In this document: piece by piece, positions 38,970-51,428 of the stretch
How positions within the stretch are numbered: the first letter of the stretch is position 1
Layout: each line of letters starts with the position of its first letter
NCBI GenBank assembly: GCA_965235115.1
Contig: OZ249436.1
Span: 43,960,001-44,020,000, forward strand
Source: Laetmonice hystrix
Lineage: Eukaryota
DNA length: 60,000 nt
Direction of reading: 5' to 3'
Program-made: the position numbers and the translations under genes
Notes under the pieces: generated by a model
What the model saw: the letters and a program-made list of their open reading frames with translations, nothing else
Database searches by the model: none
What the model was told of the DNA's origin: nothing

Positions 38970-40094
38970 GTATTATTGAAAGAAGGGTATTTTTAATGAC
39001 ACAGGACAATTTCTAACACTGTATGCGTAAACACGGGTGTGTATATCGTTGTAATTGCAGCTAGGCCTTTATGCCACAAGTGTATCAACCCAGAGTACTA
39101 GACACGTGCAGGGAAACACGTCTATAGCCTAAACCCATCAACCAAAGAAAGTTACATCATTATAAATGAATTAAGACCCTTCAAAATCGTTTTCTAAACC
39201 ACCTTGAATTCCAGTTATAAAATAAAGAATATCGTTTTAGAGTTAATTTTCACGAAGCACCTTTAACATTATTGAGCATGTTTGGAGGATGTACGTTCCG
39301 CCTTGCGGTGGGCCCCGGTCGACCTAACGCGGACTTGAAGCGATGGTGGCGCCACCTGGTATTTCAGCCTTGAACTATTGACAATAGCGCCACGATGTCG
39401 CAAGGATCGAGTAGCGCAGTGTGCACACATCAAACCGACAGATCTTCGCCACAATTAGACGCCCGGCTCCTTTGACTGTTAGATATCATCTGCCAGAAGA
39501 ACGAGACTGCGCACAGAATATAGCAGACCCTGCCTTACTTTGAGTGCAGTCAGTAACAGTTATAGGCGGGAATAATGCAGGAACTCAAGCACTAATTTCT
39601 ACTGCGTGACCTCGGTTCAAAATAATGACATTTCGCCGCAGCCTGGACAAATTGTTCCGACTTTGTACTCCATACGTGCATAGAAAAAAGTCGGACGCGC
39701 AGCATGGGTAATTATGTATGAACACAACCTATAGGGCTCTGTATTCATAGAATCATGCACTTGAGATTAGACCGGTATGTCAGCAGAGAGTGCAGTGTCG
39801 TCCGTATCCCGCATATAGGACAGTACGTGTTTCCGCGAGCTGGCTGGGGGTGGCGGTGGGCCAGGGGGTGGGGTGGGGGTTCTCCTAGCTGTTTTACGGT
39901 CCGATGGGGGGATACAAAGAACTCGAGGATTGAAGGGGGTACCGTCATGCAATACTGGGACTTAGAGATATCGCCAAGGTCTCCGTAACTTCAAGACACT
40001 ACTAAAAAATCCATGCTCTTCCAGCAGATGCATTGCCTAGTGCTACATTTTATGGGTTGGGTCAGGATTGAGCGTAGACTCTGATAGCCTAATA

Positions 40095-40253
40095 CAGGGG
40101 CGGAGGAAGCTGGGGGCAGAGGTGGCTGCTGCCCCCCCCCCCCGCCCAGTATTTATAAAATGACCGCATGGCCCAATGCAAAAGCATAGGCGTAAGTCAT
40201 TATGACGTCATTTCTGCCCCCCCCCCAATATTTTTTTCCTTCCTGCACTACTG
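40095..40253. mobile_element. Small MITE (CAG-ended)
   Basis: caggggcggaggaag ... cttcctgcactactg imperfect TIRs; related inverted end at ~54685-54745. Confidence 0.45.
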
Positions 40254-40591
40254 TAATACGTACACTAGTTTATACACTACTTTGATTTTCTTCCTGCTTC
40301 ATCTTTTCGCATTGAGCGCAAAGTACAATTTATAGTGAGTCATACAGTGCTGATATCCTGCACATCTTACACAAGGGGGACATTCACCAGGGTCCTCGGG
40401 GGGAAAATATGAAGCTAGCGTCCGCAGTGAACCAGGCACTTGTCGCGGTTGATAGGGTTGGCGCTAATATTTATAAAATCTCTGATTATAGCCAAGGAGC
40501 TGTTAAACATTTCATGGATCTCAAGGCACAATGAGTGACTGTGCTCCTGTCAGTTCTGATCAGGTGATATAAGACTAATATGAGTATTTAA

Positions 40592-41089
40592 AGGGGCATG
40601 CTATGAAACACGTTTTTGGGGATGACCGTGTGCTAGGGATCCAAGTAAATAATCCTACCACAGCATTTTGTCCTCCGACGTGTTTTCGCTGCGTATGCAG
40701 CACAAGTAGATTCTATACGACCAAACCTATAGATTTCTCCCGATAGCACATCTCCCGCCATAATTTGGCGGACAACCCCCCATCAACCCGTGTAATTGCA
40801 TACTGTGTCACATCCTGTGTGTGCACTCTCTGCATGTGCTTAGTCACGTGCTTTGCTTAGTTGTAAACAATTCAGCAGTGGCACTCGATCGCCCGGCATC
40901 AGAATGCCACCCAAAAAATATTTTACGAGAAGCGGGCAAGGGAGCTTAATAAACTTCGATTTCTCACGCAAAATGAAACTGATAAGTCTGTCTTTGTTTA
41001 CCAAGCAATTTGAATGAAGGATCTCTTTATGAAAACAGCAAAAGTTCTATGAAATACCGATTTTTAACGTTTCCTCATAATATGCCCCT
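40592..41089. mobile_element. Non-autonomous TTAA-target DNA transposon (Kolobok-like), copy 2
   Basis: ttaa|aggggcatgctatg ... cataatatgcccct|ttaa, perfect TTAA TSD. Confidence 0.85.
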
Positions 41090-41297
41090 TTAATGTAAAC
41101 CTCTACTATAATGATCTGGTAAGCATGTTTCATGTACTTTAAATGGCGTGCTTGTTCTCTCATCTTCCGTGTAGCTGCCTGATAAATGGGTTTGAGTTCT
41201 TCCCTCGTGGTAAATCCCCACGATTTTAGGGATACGTATTATGGACAGGGACAGGATAGGGAGGCATTTTGTAGGTAGGTGGACTGTGGACCGGCCC

Positions 41298-43031
41298 GGG
41301 GTTGGGGTCTGGGGCCAGAGATAGGGAGGTGGTTGGGGGGGGGAGGGGCGTCTGGGGCCAGAGATAGGGAGGTGGTTGGGGGGGGGGGGGAGGGGCGTCT
41401 GGGGCCAGAGATAGGGAGGTGGTTGGGGGGGGGGGGGGTCTGGGGCCAGAGATAGGGAGGTGGTTGGGGGAGGGGGGTCTGGGGCCAGAGATAGGCAGGT
41501 GGTTGGGGGGGGGGGTCTGGGGCCAGAGATAGGGAGGTGGTTGGGGTGGGGGGGGGGGGTCTGGGGCCAGAGATAGGGAGGTGGTTGGGGGGGGGGGTCT
41601 GGGGCCAGAGATAGGGAGGTGGTTGGGGGGGGGGGTCTGGGGCCAGAGATAGGGAGGTGGTTTGGGGGGGGGCGTCTGGGGCCAGAGATAGGGAGGTGGT
41701 TGGGGGGTCTGGGGCCAGAGATAGGGAGGTGGTTGGGGGGGGGGGGGGGGTCTGGGGCCAGAGATAGGGAGGTGGTTGGGGGGGGGGGTCTGGGGACCGG
41801 GGCCAGAGATAGGAAGGTGGTTGGGGGGGGGGGTCTGGGGCCAGAGATAGGGAGGTGGTTGGGGTGGGGGTGGGGGTGGGGGGTCTGGGGACCGGGGCCA
41901 GAGATAGGGAGGTGGTGGGGGGGGGGGGGGTCTGGGGCCAGAGTGGCTGGGGGGTGGGGGTGGGTCTGGGGCCAGAGATAGGGAGGTGGTTGGGGGGGGG
42001 GGGGTCTGGGGCCAGAGATAGGGAGGTGGTTGGGGGGGGGGGCGTCTGGGGCCAGAGATAGGGAGGTGGTTGGGGGGGGGGGCGTCTGGGGCCAGAGATA
42101 GGGAGGTGGTTGGGGGGGGGGGCGTCTGGGGCCAGAGATAGGGAGGTGGTTGGGGGGGGGGCCGTCTGGGGCCAGAGATAGGGAGGTGGTTGGGGGGGGG
42201 AGGCGTCTGGGGCCAGAGATAGGGAGGTGGTTGGGGGGGGGGGGGGCGTCTGGGGCCAGAGATAGGGAGGTGGTTGGGGGGGGCGTCTGGGGCCAGGGAT
42301 AGGGAGGTGGTTGGGGGGGGGGCGTCTGGGGCCAGAGATAGGGAGGTGGTTGGGGGGGGGGGCGTCTGGGGCCAGAGATAGGGAGGTGGTTGTGGTGGGG
42401 GTGGGGGGTCTGGGGACCGGGGCCAGAGATAGGGAGGTGGTTGGGGGGGGGGGGGGGTCTGGGGCCAGAGATAGGGAGGTGGTTGGGGTGGGGGTGGGGG
42501 TGGGGGTGGGGGGTCTGGGGACCGGGGCCAGAGATAGGGAGGTGGTTGGGGGGGGGGGGGGGTCTGGGGTCAGAGATAGGGAGGTGGTTGGGGGGGGGGG
42601 GGGTCTGGGGCCAGAGATAGGGAGGTGGTTGGGGTGGGGGGTCTGGGGACCGGGGCCAGAGATAGGGAGGTGGTTGGGGGGGGGGGGGGTCTGGGACCAG
42701 AGATAGGGAGGTGGTTGGGGTGGGGGTCTGGGGCCAGAGATAGGGAGGTGGTTGGGGGGGGGGGTCTGGGGCCAGAGATAGGGAGGTGGTTGGGGTGGGG
42801 GGTCTGGGGACCGGGGCCAGAGATAGGGAGGTGGTTGGGGGGGGGGGTCTGGGGCCAGAGATAGGGAGGTGGTTGGGGGGGGTCTGGGGCCAGAGATAGG
42901 GAGGTGGTTGGGGTGGGGGTGGGGGTGGGGGGTCTGGGGACCGGGGCCAGAGATAGGGAGGTGGTTGGGGGGGGGGGGGGGGTCTAGGGCCAGAGATAGG
43001 GAGGTGGTTGGGGGTGGGGGTGGGTCTGGGG
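41298..43031. repeat. G-rich variable-length minisatellite
   Basis: Core gtctggggccagagatagggaggtggtt followed by a poly-G run of variable length, ~40 copies. Confidence 0.95.
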
Positions 43032-43369
43032 ATCGAGGCTATAGTTTCGGGTTACACTTGAGATAGAGATACGTTAAACAGATTTGGCGAGACGATATTA
43101 CAAAGGGAGATCTTTCTGAGTAGCCTGATTTACATGAGTGCAGATCCTACTGGCAATGAGGGATTGCATGAGTGCAATGAGGGATTGCATGAGTGCAATG
43201 AGGGATTGCATGAGTGCCCTGTTCTTGGGCAGCAGTAGGAGGGGTTGTTTCTGTCCGGGCCACTGGTCGGGCGAGATATTGGATCAGTGAGCCGTCACCC
43301 TCGACCGTCCCCATGACAACTTCCCATAAGATAAAATTATTGGGGGTAGGGGCTCAGGATGTTGACGTT

Positions 43370-45621
43370 TCAAGGTCTGTGGATCAAGTTCTGTGGATCA
43401 AGGTGAGGTGTTAGAGTTAGGTCTGAGGCTCAGGATAAGGGCAGGGCTAGGATCAAGTTCTGTGGATCAAGGTGAGGTGTTAGAGTTAGGTCTGGGGCTC
43501 GGGATAAGGGCAGGGCTAGGATCAAGGTCTGTGGATCAAGGTGAGGTGTTAGAGTTAGGTCTGGGGCTCAGGATAAGGGCAGGGCTAGGATCAAGGTCTG
43601 TGGATCAAGGTGAGGTGTTAGAGTTAGGTCTGGGGCTCAGGATAAGGGCAGGGCTAGGATCAAGGTCTGTGGATCAAGGTCTGTGGATTAAGGTCTGTGG
43701 ATTAAGGTGAGGTGTTAGAGTTAGGTCAGGGGCTCAGGATAAGGGCAGGGCTAGGATCAAGGTCTGTGGATCAAGGTCTGTGGATCAAGGTGAGGTGTTA
43801 GAGTTAGGTCTGGGGCTCAGGATAAGGGCAGGGCTAGGATCAAGGTCTGTGGATCAAGGTGAGGTGTTAGAGTTAGGTCTGGGGCTCAGGATAAGGGCAG
43901 GGCTAGGATCAAGGTCTGTGGATCAAGGTGAGGTGTTAGAGTTAGGTCTGGGGCTCAGGATAAGGGCAGGGCTAGGATCAAGGTCTGTGGATCAAGGTGA
44001 GGTGTTAGAGTTAGGTCTGGGGCTCAGGATAAGGGCAGGGCTAGGATCAAGGTCTGTGGATCAAGGTGAGGTGTTAGAGTTAGGTCTGGGGCTCAGGATA
44101 AGGGCAGGGCTAGGATCAAGGTCTGTGGATCACGGTGAGGTGTTAGAGTTAGGTCTGGGGCTGAGGATAAGGACAGGGCTAGGATCAAGGTCTGTGGATC
44201 AAGGTGAGGTGTTAGAGTTAGGTCTGGGGCTCAGGATAAGGGCAGGGCTAGGATCAAGGTCTGTGGATCAAGGTCTGTGGATCAAGGTGAGGTGTTAGAG
44301 TTAGGTCTGGGGCTCAGGATAAGGGCAGGGCTAGGATCAAGGTCTGTGGATCAAGGTCTGTGGATCAAGGTGAGGTGTTAGAGTTAGGTCTGGGGCTCAG
44401 GATAAGGGCAGGGCTAGGATCAAGGTCTGTGGATCAAGGTGAGGTGTTAGAGTTAGGTCTGGGGCTCAGGATAAGGGCAGGGCTAGGATCAAGGTCTGTG
44501 GATCAAGGTGAGGTGTTAGAGTTAGGTCTGGGGCTCGGGATAAGGGCAGGGCTAGGATCAAGGTCTGTGGATCACGGTGAGGTGTTAGAGTTAGGTCTGG
44601 GGCTCAGGATAAGGGCAGGGCTAGGATCAAGGTCTGTGGATCACGGTGAGGTGTTAGAGTTAGGTCTGGGGCTCAGGATAAGGGCAGGGCTAGGATCAAG
44701 GTCTGTGGATCAAGGTCTGTGGATCAAGGTGAGGTGTTAGAGTTAGGTCTGGGGCTCAGGATGAGGACAGGGCTAGGATCAAGGTCTGTGGATCAAGGTG
44801 AGGTGTTAGAGTTAGGTCTGGGGCTCAGGATAAGGGCAGGGCTAGGATCAAGGTCTGTGGATCACGGTGAGGTGTTAGAGTTAGGTCTGGGGCTCAGGAT
44901 AAGGGCAGGGCTATGATCAAGGTCTGTGGATCACGGTGAGGTGTTAGAGTTAGGTCTGGGGCTCAGGATAAGGGCAGGGTTAGGATCAAGGTCTGTGGAT
45001 CAAGGTGAGGTGTTAGAGTTAGGTCTGGGGCTCAGGATAAGGGCAGGGCTAGGATCAAGGTCTGTGGACCAAGGTGAGGTGTTAGAGTTAGGTCTGGGGC
45101 TCGGGATAAGGGCAGGGTTAGGATCAAGGTCTGTGGACCAAGGTGAGGTGTTAGAGTTAGGTCTGGGGCTCAGGATAAGGGCAGGGTTAGGATCAAGGTC
45201 TGTGGATCAAGGTGAGGTGTTAGAGTTAGGTCTGGGGCTCAGGATAAGGGCAGGGCTAGGATCAAGGTCTGTGGACCAAGGTGAGGTGTTAGAGTTAGGT
45301 CTGGGGCTCAGGATAAGGGCAGGGTTAGGATCAAGGTCTGTGGATCAAGGTGAGGTGTTAGAGTTAGGTCTGGGGCTCAGGATAAGGGCAGGGCTAGGAT
45401 CAAGGTCTGTGGACCAAGGTGAGGTGTTAGAGTTAGGTCTGGGGCTCGGGATAAGGGCAGGGCTAGGATCAAGGTCTGTGGATCAAGGTCTGTGGATCAA
45501 GGTGAGGTGTTAGAGTTAGGTCTGGGGCTGAGGATAAGGGCAGGGCTAGGATCAAGGTCGGTGGATCAAGGTGAGGTGTTAGAGTTAGGTCTGGGGCTCG
45601 GGATAAGGGCAGGGTTAGGAT
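43370..45621. repeat. 69-bp minisatellite with degenerate telomere-like hexamers, ~30 copies
   Basis: Unit ggatcaaggtgaggtgttagagttaggtctggggctcaggataagggcagggctaggatcaaggtctgt with occasional 14-bp internal duplications. Confidence 0.96.
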
Positions 45622-47052
45622 TATGCGAAAGTTTTGAGGGTAGGTGACGGTTTGTGGATCAAGGTTACATGTTAGAGTATAGATTTAGGGTTATTAACAG
45701 ATATAGTTTTGTTTCTACTTCCTACCACTAAATTTCACGGATCCGTTGCCATGATGAAGACCCCGTCTGTACCACCTACAGGTATCAGTGACGGGACAGG
45801 TCGAGGGGTAATACTCGGTGATTGACTTCCCATGAACACCATCACCAGCGCCCCCCAGCGGGGAGTGAGGCGTGACCGCGGTCATGCCAGGATAGCGGCG
45901 TACAGTCGATCACGACGTTGCCAGTCAGGTGCGGCTGACAGATACATTACAAACGGAATATAAGAAAACATGATGATATCAGCACCGACCATCCGAATTC
46001 TTCACCCGGCAAGTCTGTACTAATGACAGAAACGAGTATGTCGTGGGTTCGGTGTTTAATGACATCAGAGGTCGGTACGCACCCTCGTAATACATGACCT
46101 AGAGAAAACGACATGTACTCGGACTTTTTCAAATGCAATGATGCCAAAACAGTCTATGTCATACGTACACGCACTCCTTCAGGGTTAACGACTGATCCTA
46201 AGTGTGTCGTGGTTGTGTTTTGTAACGGTTGTTTTATTTACCGCCATCTGTATCGTATCGAGACTATGATGTACTTTTGTATACCAAGAGATATGTTAAC
46301 GAATCCTCTCTGCTCGCCTTATGTACATCTATATGTTTTAGTCAATAAACATAAATCTATCTATAGTACGCATGTATATGTTTATTTTTAATATGGCATT
46401 GAATTTAATATGCAATGGAACTGGAATTATGGGAATAATATAGCTGATTATTTTCTCCCATACCGTCAGTGATAGGCAACATTAAAGCAGATAGGAACAG
46501 GAAAATTGTCTTTTACAGATTTTGACATATCTGGATTGTTCCTTATAATTTTATGAGTACTTATACAACATCCGCCAAGATCGACTATTGCCCCCAATTT
46601 TAACTCACCAATAGGCCGCCAGATGGCGTACTCGTGACGTCATAATCGTCCCTCTGAACCAGCTGAACAAACTCAGCAAAGCTAAACCAAGCATGGAGTT
46701 TGAAAGTGATGAGGCTGATAGCCTAACCGTGGCTATTGCACGAGGAATACCACCACATTTCAGTGATCCCGTGATGCAGTCTAATAAAAAGTTGTTGGGT
46801 GAGACTCTCAAGATTCATAAACTGACAACAGTTTTCTCTGTGGCCAACATTGCAGCACCTCCCCAATAATTAGGTATGGGTTGGGGTGAGCGCGATGGCT
46901 GGTCAGTATTGCGGTGTGTTTTTCACAGTTACGAAGTCATTGGCAACTTTTGTGCGCCCCCCCACCATTGGTGATAAGAAATCACTTACACAGCCAGCCA
47001 GCTGGGTAAAAATGGTTGTATCATCGTCCCAATTACGGCCCTCAGCCAGCTA

Positions 47053-47304
47053 TACTGCCGTAAAATGACAAAAGGAAACAAGTCCAAAAGTTCAGGTTTC
47101 GAGAGATGGACATAAACAAGTTGTCTCTACACTGCACTTGGCTGGACTTGCTCCCTTTTGTCATGTGACTGATAGCTTCACAGAAGGATGTTTAGCAGAA
47201 ATACACCCATTGATAGATAGGACTTACTTCCTTGAATCCAAATTTACCTTAAGTCGATTTTGATGAAAGTTGGACTTGCTTCCTTTTGTCATTTCACGGC
47301 AGTA
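47053..47304. mobile_element. MITE with ~35-bp TIRs, TA-flanked
   Basis: tactgccgtaaaatgacaaaaggaaacaagtccaa ... ttggacttgcttccttttgtcatttcacggcagta. Confidence 0.75.
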
Positions 47305-47713
47305 TAGTTTCTCACCGGTATGGGAACTTACTTTATAGGGAGGGGGATTTTACCGAAAATGTTTGGGGTAAAATTTCCCAAGTATGCAGAATTAATACAT
47401 ACTAAGGGTGATGATCGCCAAAGGAAGGCAAAGAACCAGTAAAGTGGAAACAGACAAGATTTTTTGCATTGTAAGAGAATCTCATCCTCATCAGTGTCAA
47501 CTTCCATGTCTACAGCGCTGGAGAAGACGGCACATTTTAGATGCGTCTACCATTCTTGGTGTAGCTTGTACTTTCTTCGCACACAGCACTGGACTAATGT
47601 TGCACTGTATCCATTTTACAGCTGTAGATGGGGTCCTCGGGGGCAGCAAGAGACTGCATTACACAGTTTCTTCTCTCATTACAGTTGTTGCCTGTGTAGC
47701 AGCACCAACAACA

Positions 47714-47896
47714 GGGGTTTTACGCCTTGCAACAGCCAGGGTCATATCACGGCGGTGAAGATGATGATGAAAGTCAGTTTTTCTTGGTGGAGGAAACCGG
47801 AGGACCCGGAGGAATCCACCGACCTTCGGGAAGGAACTGACTGACAAACCTTTCACACATGCAGCCCTGGCCGGGGATCGAACCCAGACCACAGCG
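47714..47896 (-). mobile_element. tRNA-derived V-type SINE, 5'-truncated
   Basis: Reverse complement matches 38475-38733 from the B box to the tail. Confidence 0.85.
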
Positions 47897-49057
47897 CTTG
47901 CAGACGGGAATTTTATTGGTTAAAATAAATTAATGGCGGCCTCTTCAAATCGAAGGCAAGTCAGTGATAGTTTCCTACTTCAAAGCTGAATTACTAGGTT
48001 ATAAGTCGACAAATAATTTATATTGTGGGTTGCTTTGGTTGGGTATGCATACAGTATAGAAATAATGTCATATTGTTGGTTGCTTTAGTTGGGTATGCAT
48101 ACAGTAGAGAAATAATGTCATATTGTTGGTTGCTTTAGTTGGGTATGACATACACTATAGAAATAATGTCATTAGACTGTTTTGTTTTCCCTTCCTTTAA
48201 GAACACTTTTGTAGTTTACTCAACTAATTTTGTCATCATTGTTAATCCACAATTATCTGACAGGTGAACACGAATGCACTCAATGACCTTTCAAGAATAT
48301 AAAGACGGTATCAACAAATTCACCACTCTCAAAGACGTATTTCTCAGTCATAGAGTCCACTGTAATTCACCATTCTCAGAGACGTATTCCTCAGTGATAG
48401 AGTCCACTGTAATTCACCACTCTCAGAGACGTATTCCTCAGTCATAGAGTCCACTGTAATTCACCATTCTCAGAGACGTATTCCTCAGTCATAGAGTCCA
48501 CTGTAATTCACCATTCTCAGAGACGTATTCCTCAGTCATAGAGTCCACTGTAATTCATCACTCTCAAAGACGTATTCCTCAGTGATAGAGTCCACTGTAA
48601 TTCACCATTCTCAGAGACGTATTCCTCAGTCATAGAGTCCACTGTAATTCACCATTCTCAGAGACGTATTCCTCAGTCATAGAGTCCACTGTAATTCACC
48701 ACTCTCAAAGACGTATTCCTCAGTGATAGAGTCCACTGTAATTCACCATTCTCAGAGACGTATTCCTCAGTCATAGAGTCCACTGTAATTCACCATTCTC
48801 AGAGACGTATTCCTCAGTGATAGAGTCCACTGTAATTCACCACTCTCAGAGACGTATTCCTCAGTGATAGAGTCCACTGTAATTCACCACTCTCAGAGAC
48901 GTATTCCTCAGTGATAGAGTCCACTGTAATTCACCACTCTCAGAGACGTATTCCTCAGTGATAAGGTCCACTGTAATTCACCATTCTCAGAGACGTATTC
49001 CTCAGTCATAGAGTCCGCTGTAATTCACCACTCTCAGGGACGTATTCCTCAGTCATA

Positions 49058-50288
49058 GTGAGTGAGTTAGTGAGTAGTGGTGGTTTTCCGCCGTGCCGGC
49101 ATCCGGGGCCATCTTTACGGCGAAAACAGGGTTAAAAGACCATGAAATGAAAGGAACCTATTTTATCCCGGGCCCCAACGGGAATATCATTAAAACACAC
49201 TCCATCCTGTCAGCCCAACGAGGCTGTAACCTATCGACGAGGCTGAACTATAGAAGAGTCAGAAGTCCTGCTTCTGACAAAAACTCTAAAATCACTCCTG
49301 GTCTGACATTGTTAAAAAGATCCCTAAGACTTGTCTCACCATAAATCCGTTGTCTGCTCAGAGTAAAATCACCACACTCAAGTAAAAGATGCTTCAGTGT
49401 CAAAGGACACTGACAGCCATGACACTCTGGAGGTGGCTCCCCTTCAATAAAAACACGTGTCTAGAATGACCAATCCTGCATCGAGTATAAGCAATTTCAT
49501 GCCTACGTTGGGTTAGGCCGTGAAGACACCTTTGGTTCACGACAGGACTGATCTGATACAATTTATTGTTTGGTTGTTCATCCCATTCAGCCTGCCATTT
49601 GTTCTTAATGTAAGCCCAGATGGTAGGTCTGAGGTCAGAGGCTGGGATTGGACACAGTTCGACGTCTGTTTCAAGAGCCCTCTTGGCAGTTCTGTCAGCT
49701 TGCTCATTGCCCGGGATACCAACATGCCCAGGCACCCAGCAAAAGTGAATATCAAAGTTTGCATTGGCAAGCACTGCCAACTTGGACAAGATTTGAACGA
49801 TCACTGGGTGATCTGCGTTCAAGTTAGCAAGTGCTTGCAGACAGGATAAGGAATCCGAAAAAAAATGAGGAAATCCTTTTCACTAGAAACTTCAATATTT
49901 TGAAGGGCAAGAAGCAGGGCCCGGGCCTCTGCTGAGAAGATGGAACTTTGGCCTGAGATGCGGGTGCCGAAGTTGTGCTTGCCATGAACTACAGCCGCAG
50001 ACACATCACTGCCATCCTTTGAGCCATCAGTACAGAAGGCATAATGTGAGGGATACCTTGCCTGGACGTCAAGAAAATGTTCAAAATATGTCAGGGGATG
50101 AGTCTCTGACTTCTTCAGTTGAGCCAACTGAAGAATGACATCAGGCTTTTCTAGGTCCCAAGAAGGAATGTTGCAAAAATGTGTCTGCCCCAGGACGTTC
50201 AGATCAATATCCAGTTCCTCTAGATGAGGTTTCACCCTCAGTCCAAAAGGACGTATGTCCGTTTCCTTTCTTTCATATAGATGTTGGA
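49058..50288 (-). mobile_element. 5'-truncated non-LTR retrotransposon (I-group/Nimb-like), frameshifted copy
   Basis: RNase H motifs TDGSK, SAEARA, WVPGHVGIPGNEQAD split over ORFs 49819-50355 and 49400-49822; (ACTC)n 3' tail. Confidence 0.9.
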
Positions 50289-51428
50289 TCCTCAGTCCTA
50301 GAGTCCACTGTAATTCACCACTCTCAGAGACGTATTCCTCAGTCCTAGAGTCCACTGTAATTCACCACTCTCAAAGACGTATTCCTCAGTCATAGAGTCC
50401 ACTGTAATTCACCATTCTCAGAGACGTATTCCTCAGTCATAGAGTCCACTGTAATTCACCACTCTCAGAGACGTATTCCTCAGTCATAGAGTCCACTGTA
50501 ATTCACCACTCTCAGGGACGTATTTCTCAGTCATAGAGTCCACTGTAATTCACCACTCTCAGAGACGTATTCCTCAGTCATAGAGTCCACTGTAATTCAC
50601 CACTCTCAGGGACGTATTCCTCAGTCATAGAGTCCACTGTAATTCACCACTCTCAGAGACGTATTCCTCAGTCATAGAGTCCACTGTAATTCACCACTCT
50701 CAGAGACGTATTTCTCAGTCATAGAGTCCACTGTAATTCACCACTCTCAGAGACGTATTCCTCAGTCATAGAGTCCACTGTAATTCACCACTCTCAGGGA
50801 CGTATTCCTCAGTCATAGAGTCCACTGTAATTCACCACTCTCAGAGACGTATTCCTCAGTGATAGAGTCCACTGTAATTCACCATTCTCAGAGACGTATT
50901 CCTCAGTGATAGAGTCCACTGTAATTCACCATTCTCAAAGACGTATTCCTCAGTGATAGAGTCCACTGTAATTCACCACTCTCAGAGACGTATTCCTCAG
51001 TCATAGAGTCCACTGTAATTCACCACTCTCAGGGACGTATTCCTCAGTGATAGAGTCCACTGTAATTCACCACTCTCAAAGACGTATTCCTCAGTGATAG
51101 AGTCCACTGTAATTCACCATTCTCAGAGACGTATTCCTCAGTGATAGAGTCCACTGTAATTCACCATTCTCAGAGACGTATTCCTCAGTGATAGAGTCCA
51201 CTGTAATTCACCATTCTCAAAGACGTATTCCTCAGTGATAGAGTCCACTGTAATTCACCACTCTCAGAGACGTATTCCTCAGTCATAGAGTCCACTGTAA
51301 TTCACCACTCTCAGAGACGTATTCCTCAGTCATAGAGTCCACTGTAATTCACCACTCTCAGAGACGTATTCCTCAGTCATAGAGTCCACTGTAATTCACC
51401 ACTCTCAGAGACGTATTCCTCAGTCATA

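Noticed and set aside
43370..45621. True or interstitial telomere; LRR-like ORFs
   Set aside because: No run of perfect TTAGGG; ORFs are repeat translations.
46605..46811. Possible minus-strand exon ending in TG|gtgagt
   Set aside because: No recognisable protein similarity or convincing acceptor.
47470..47680. Possible PHD-finger relic on the minus strand (PEDPSTAVKWIQC)
   Set aside because: Needs frameshifts to assemble; motif too short to support without a search.
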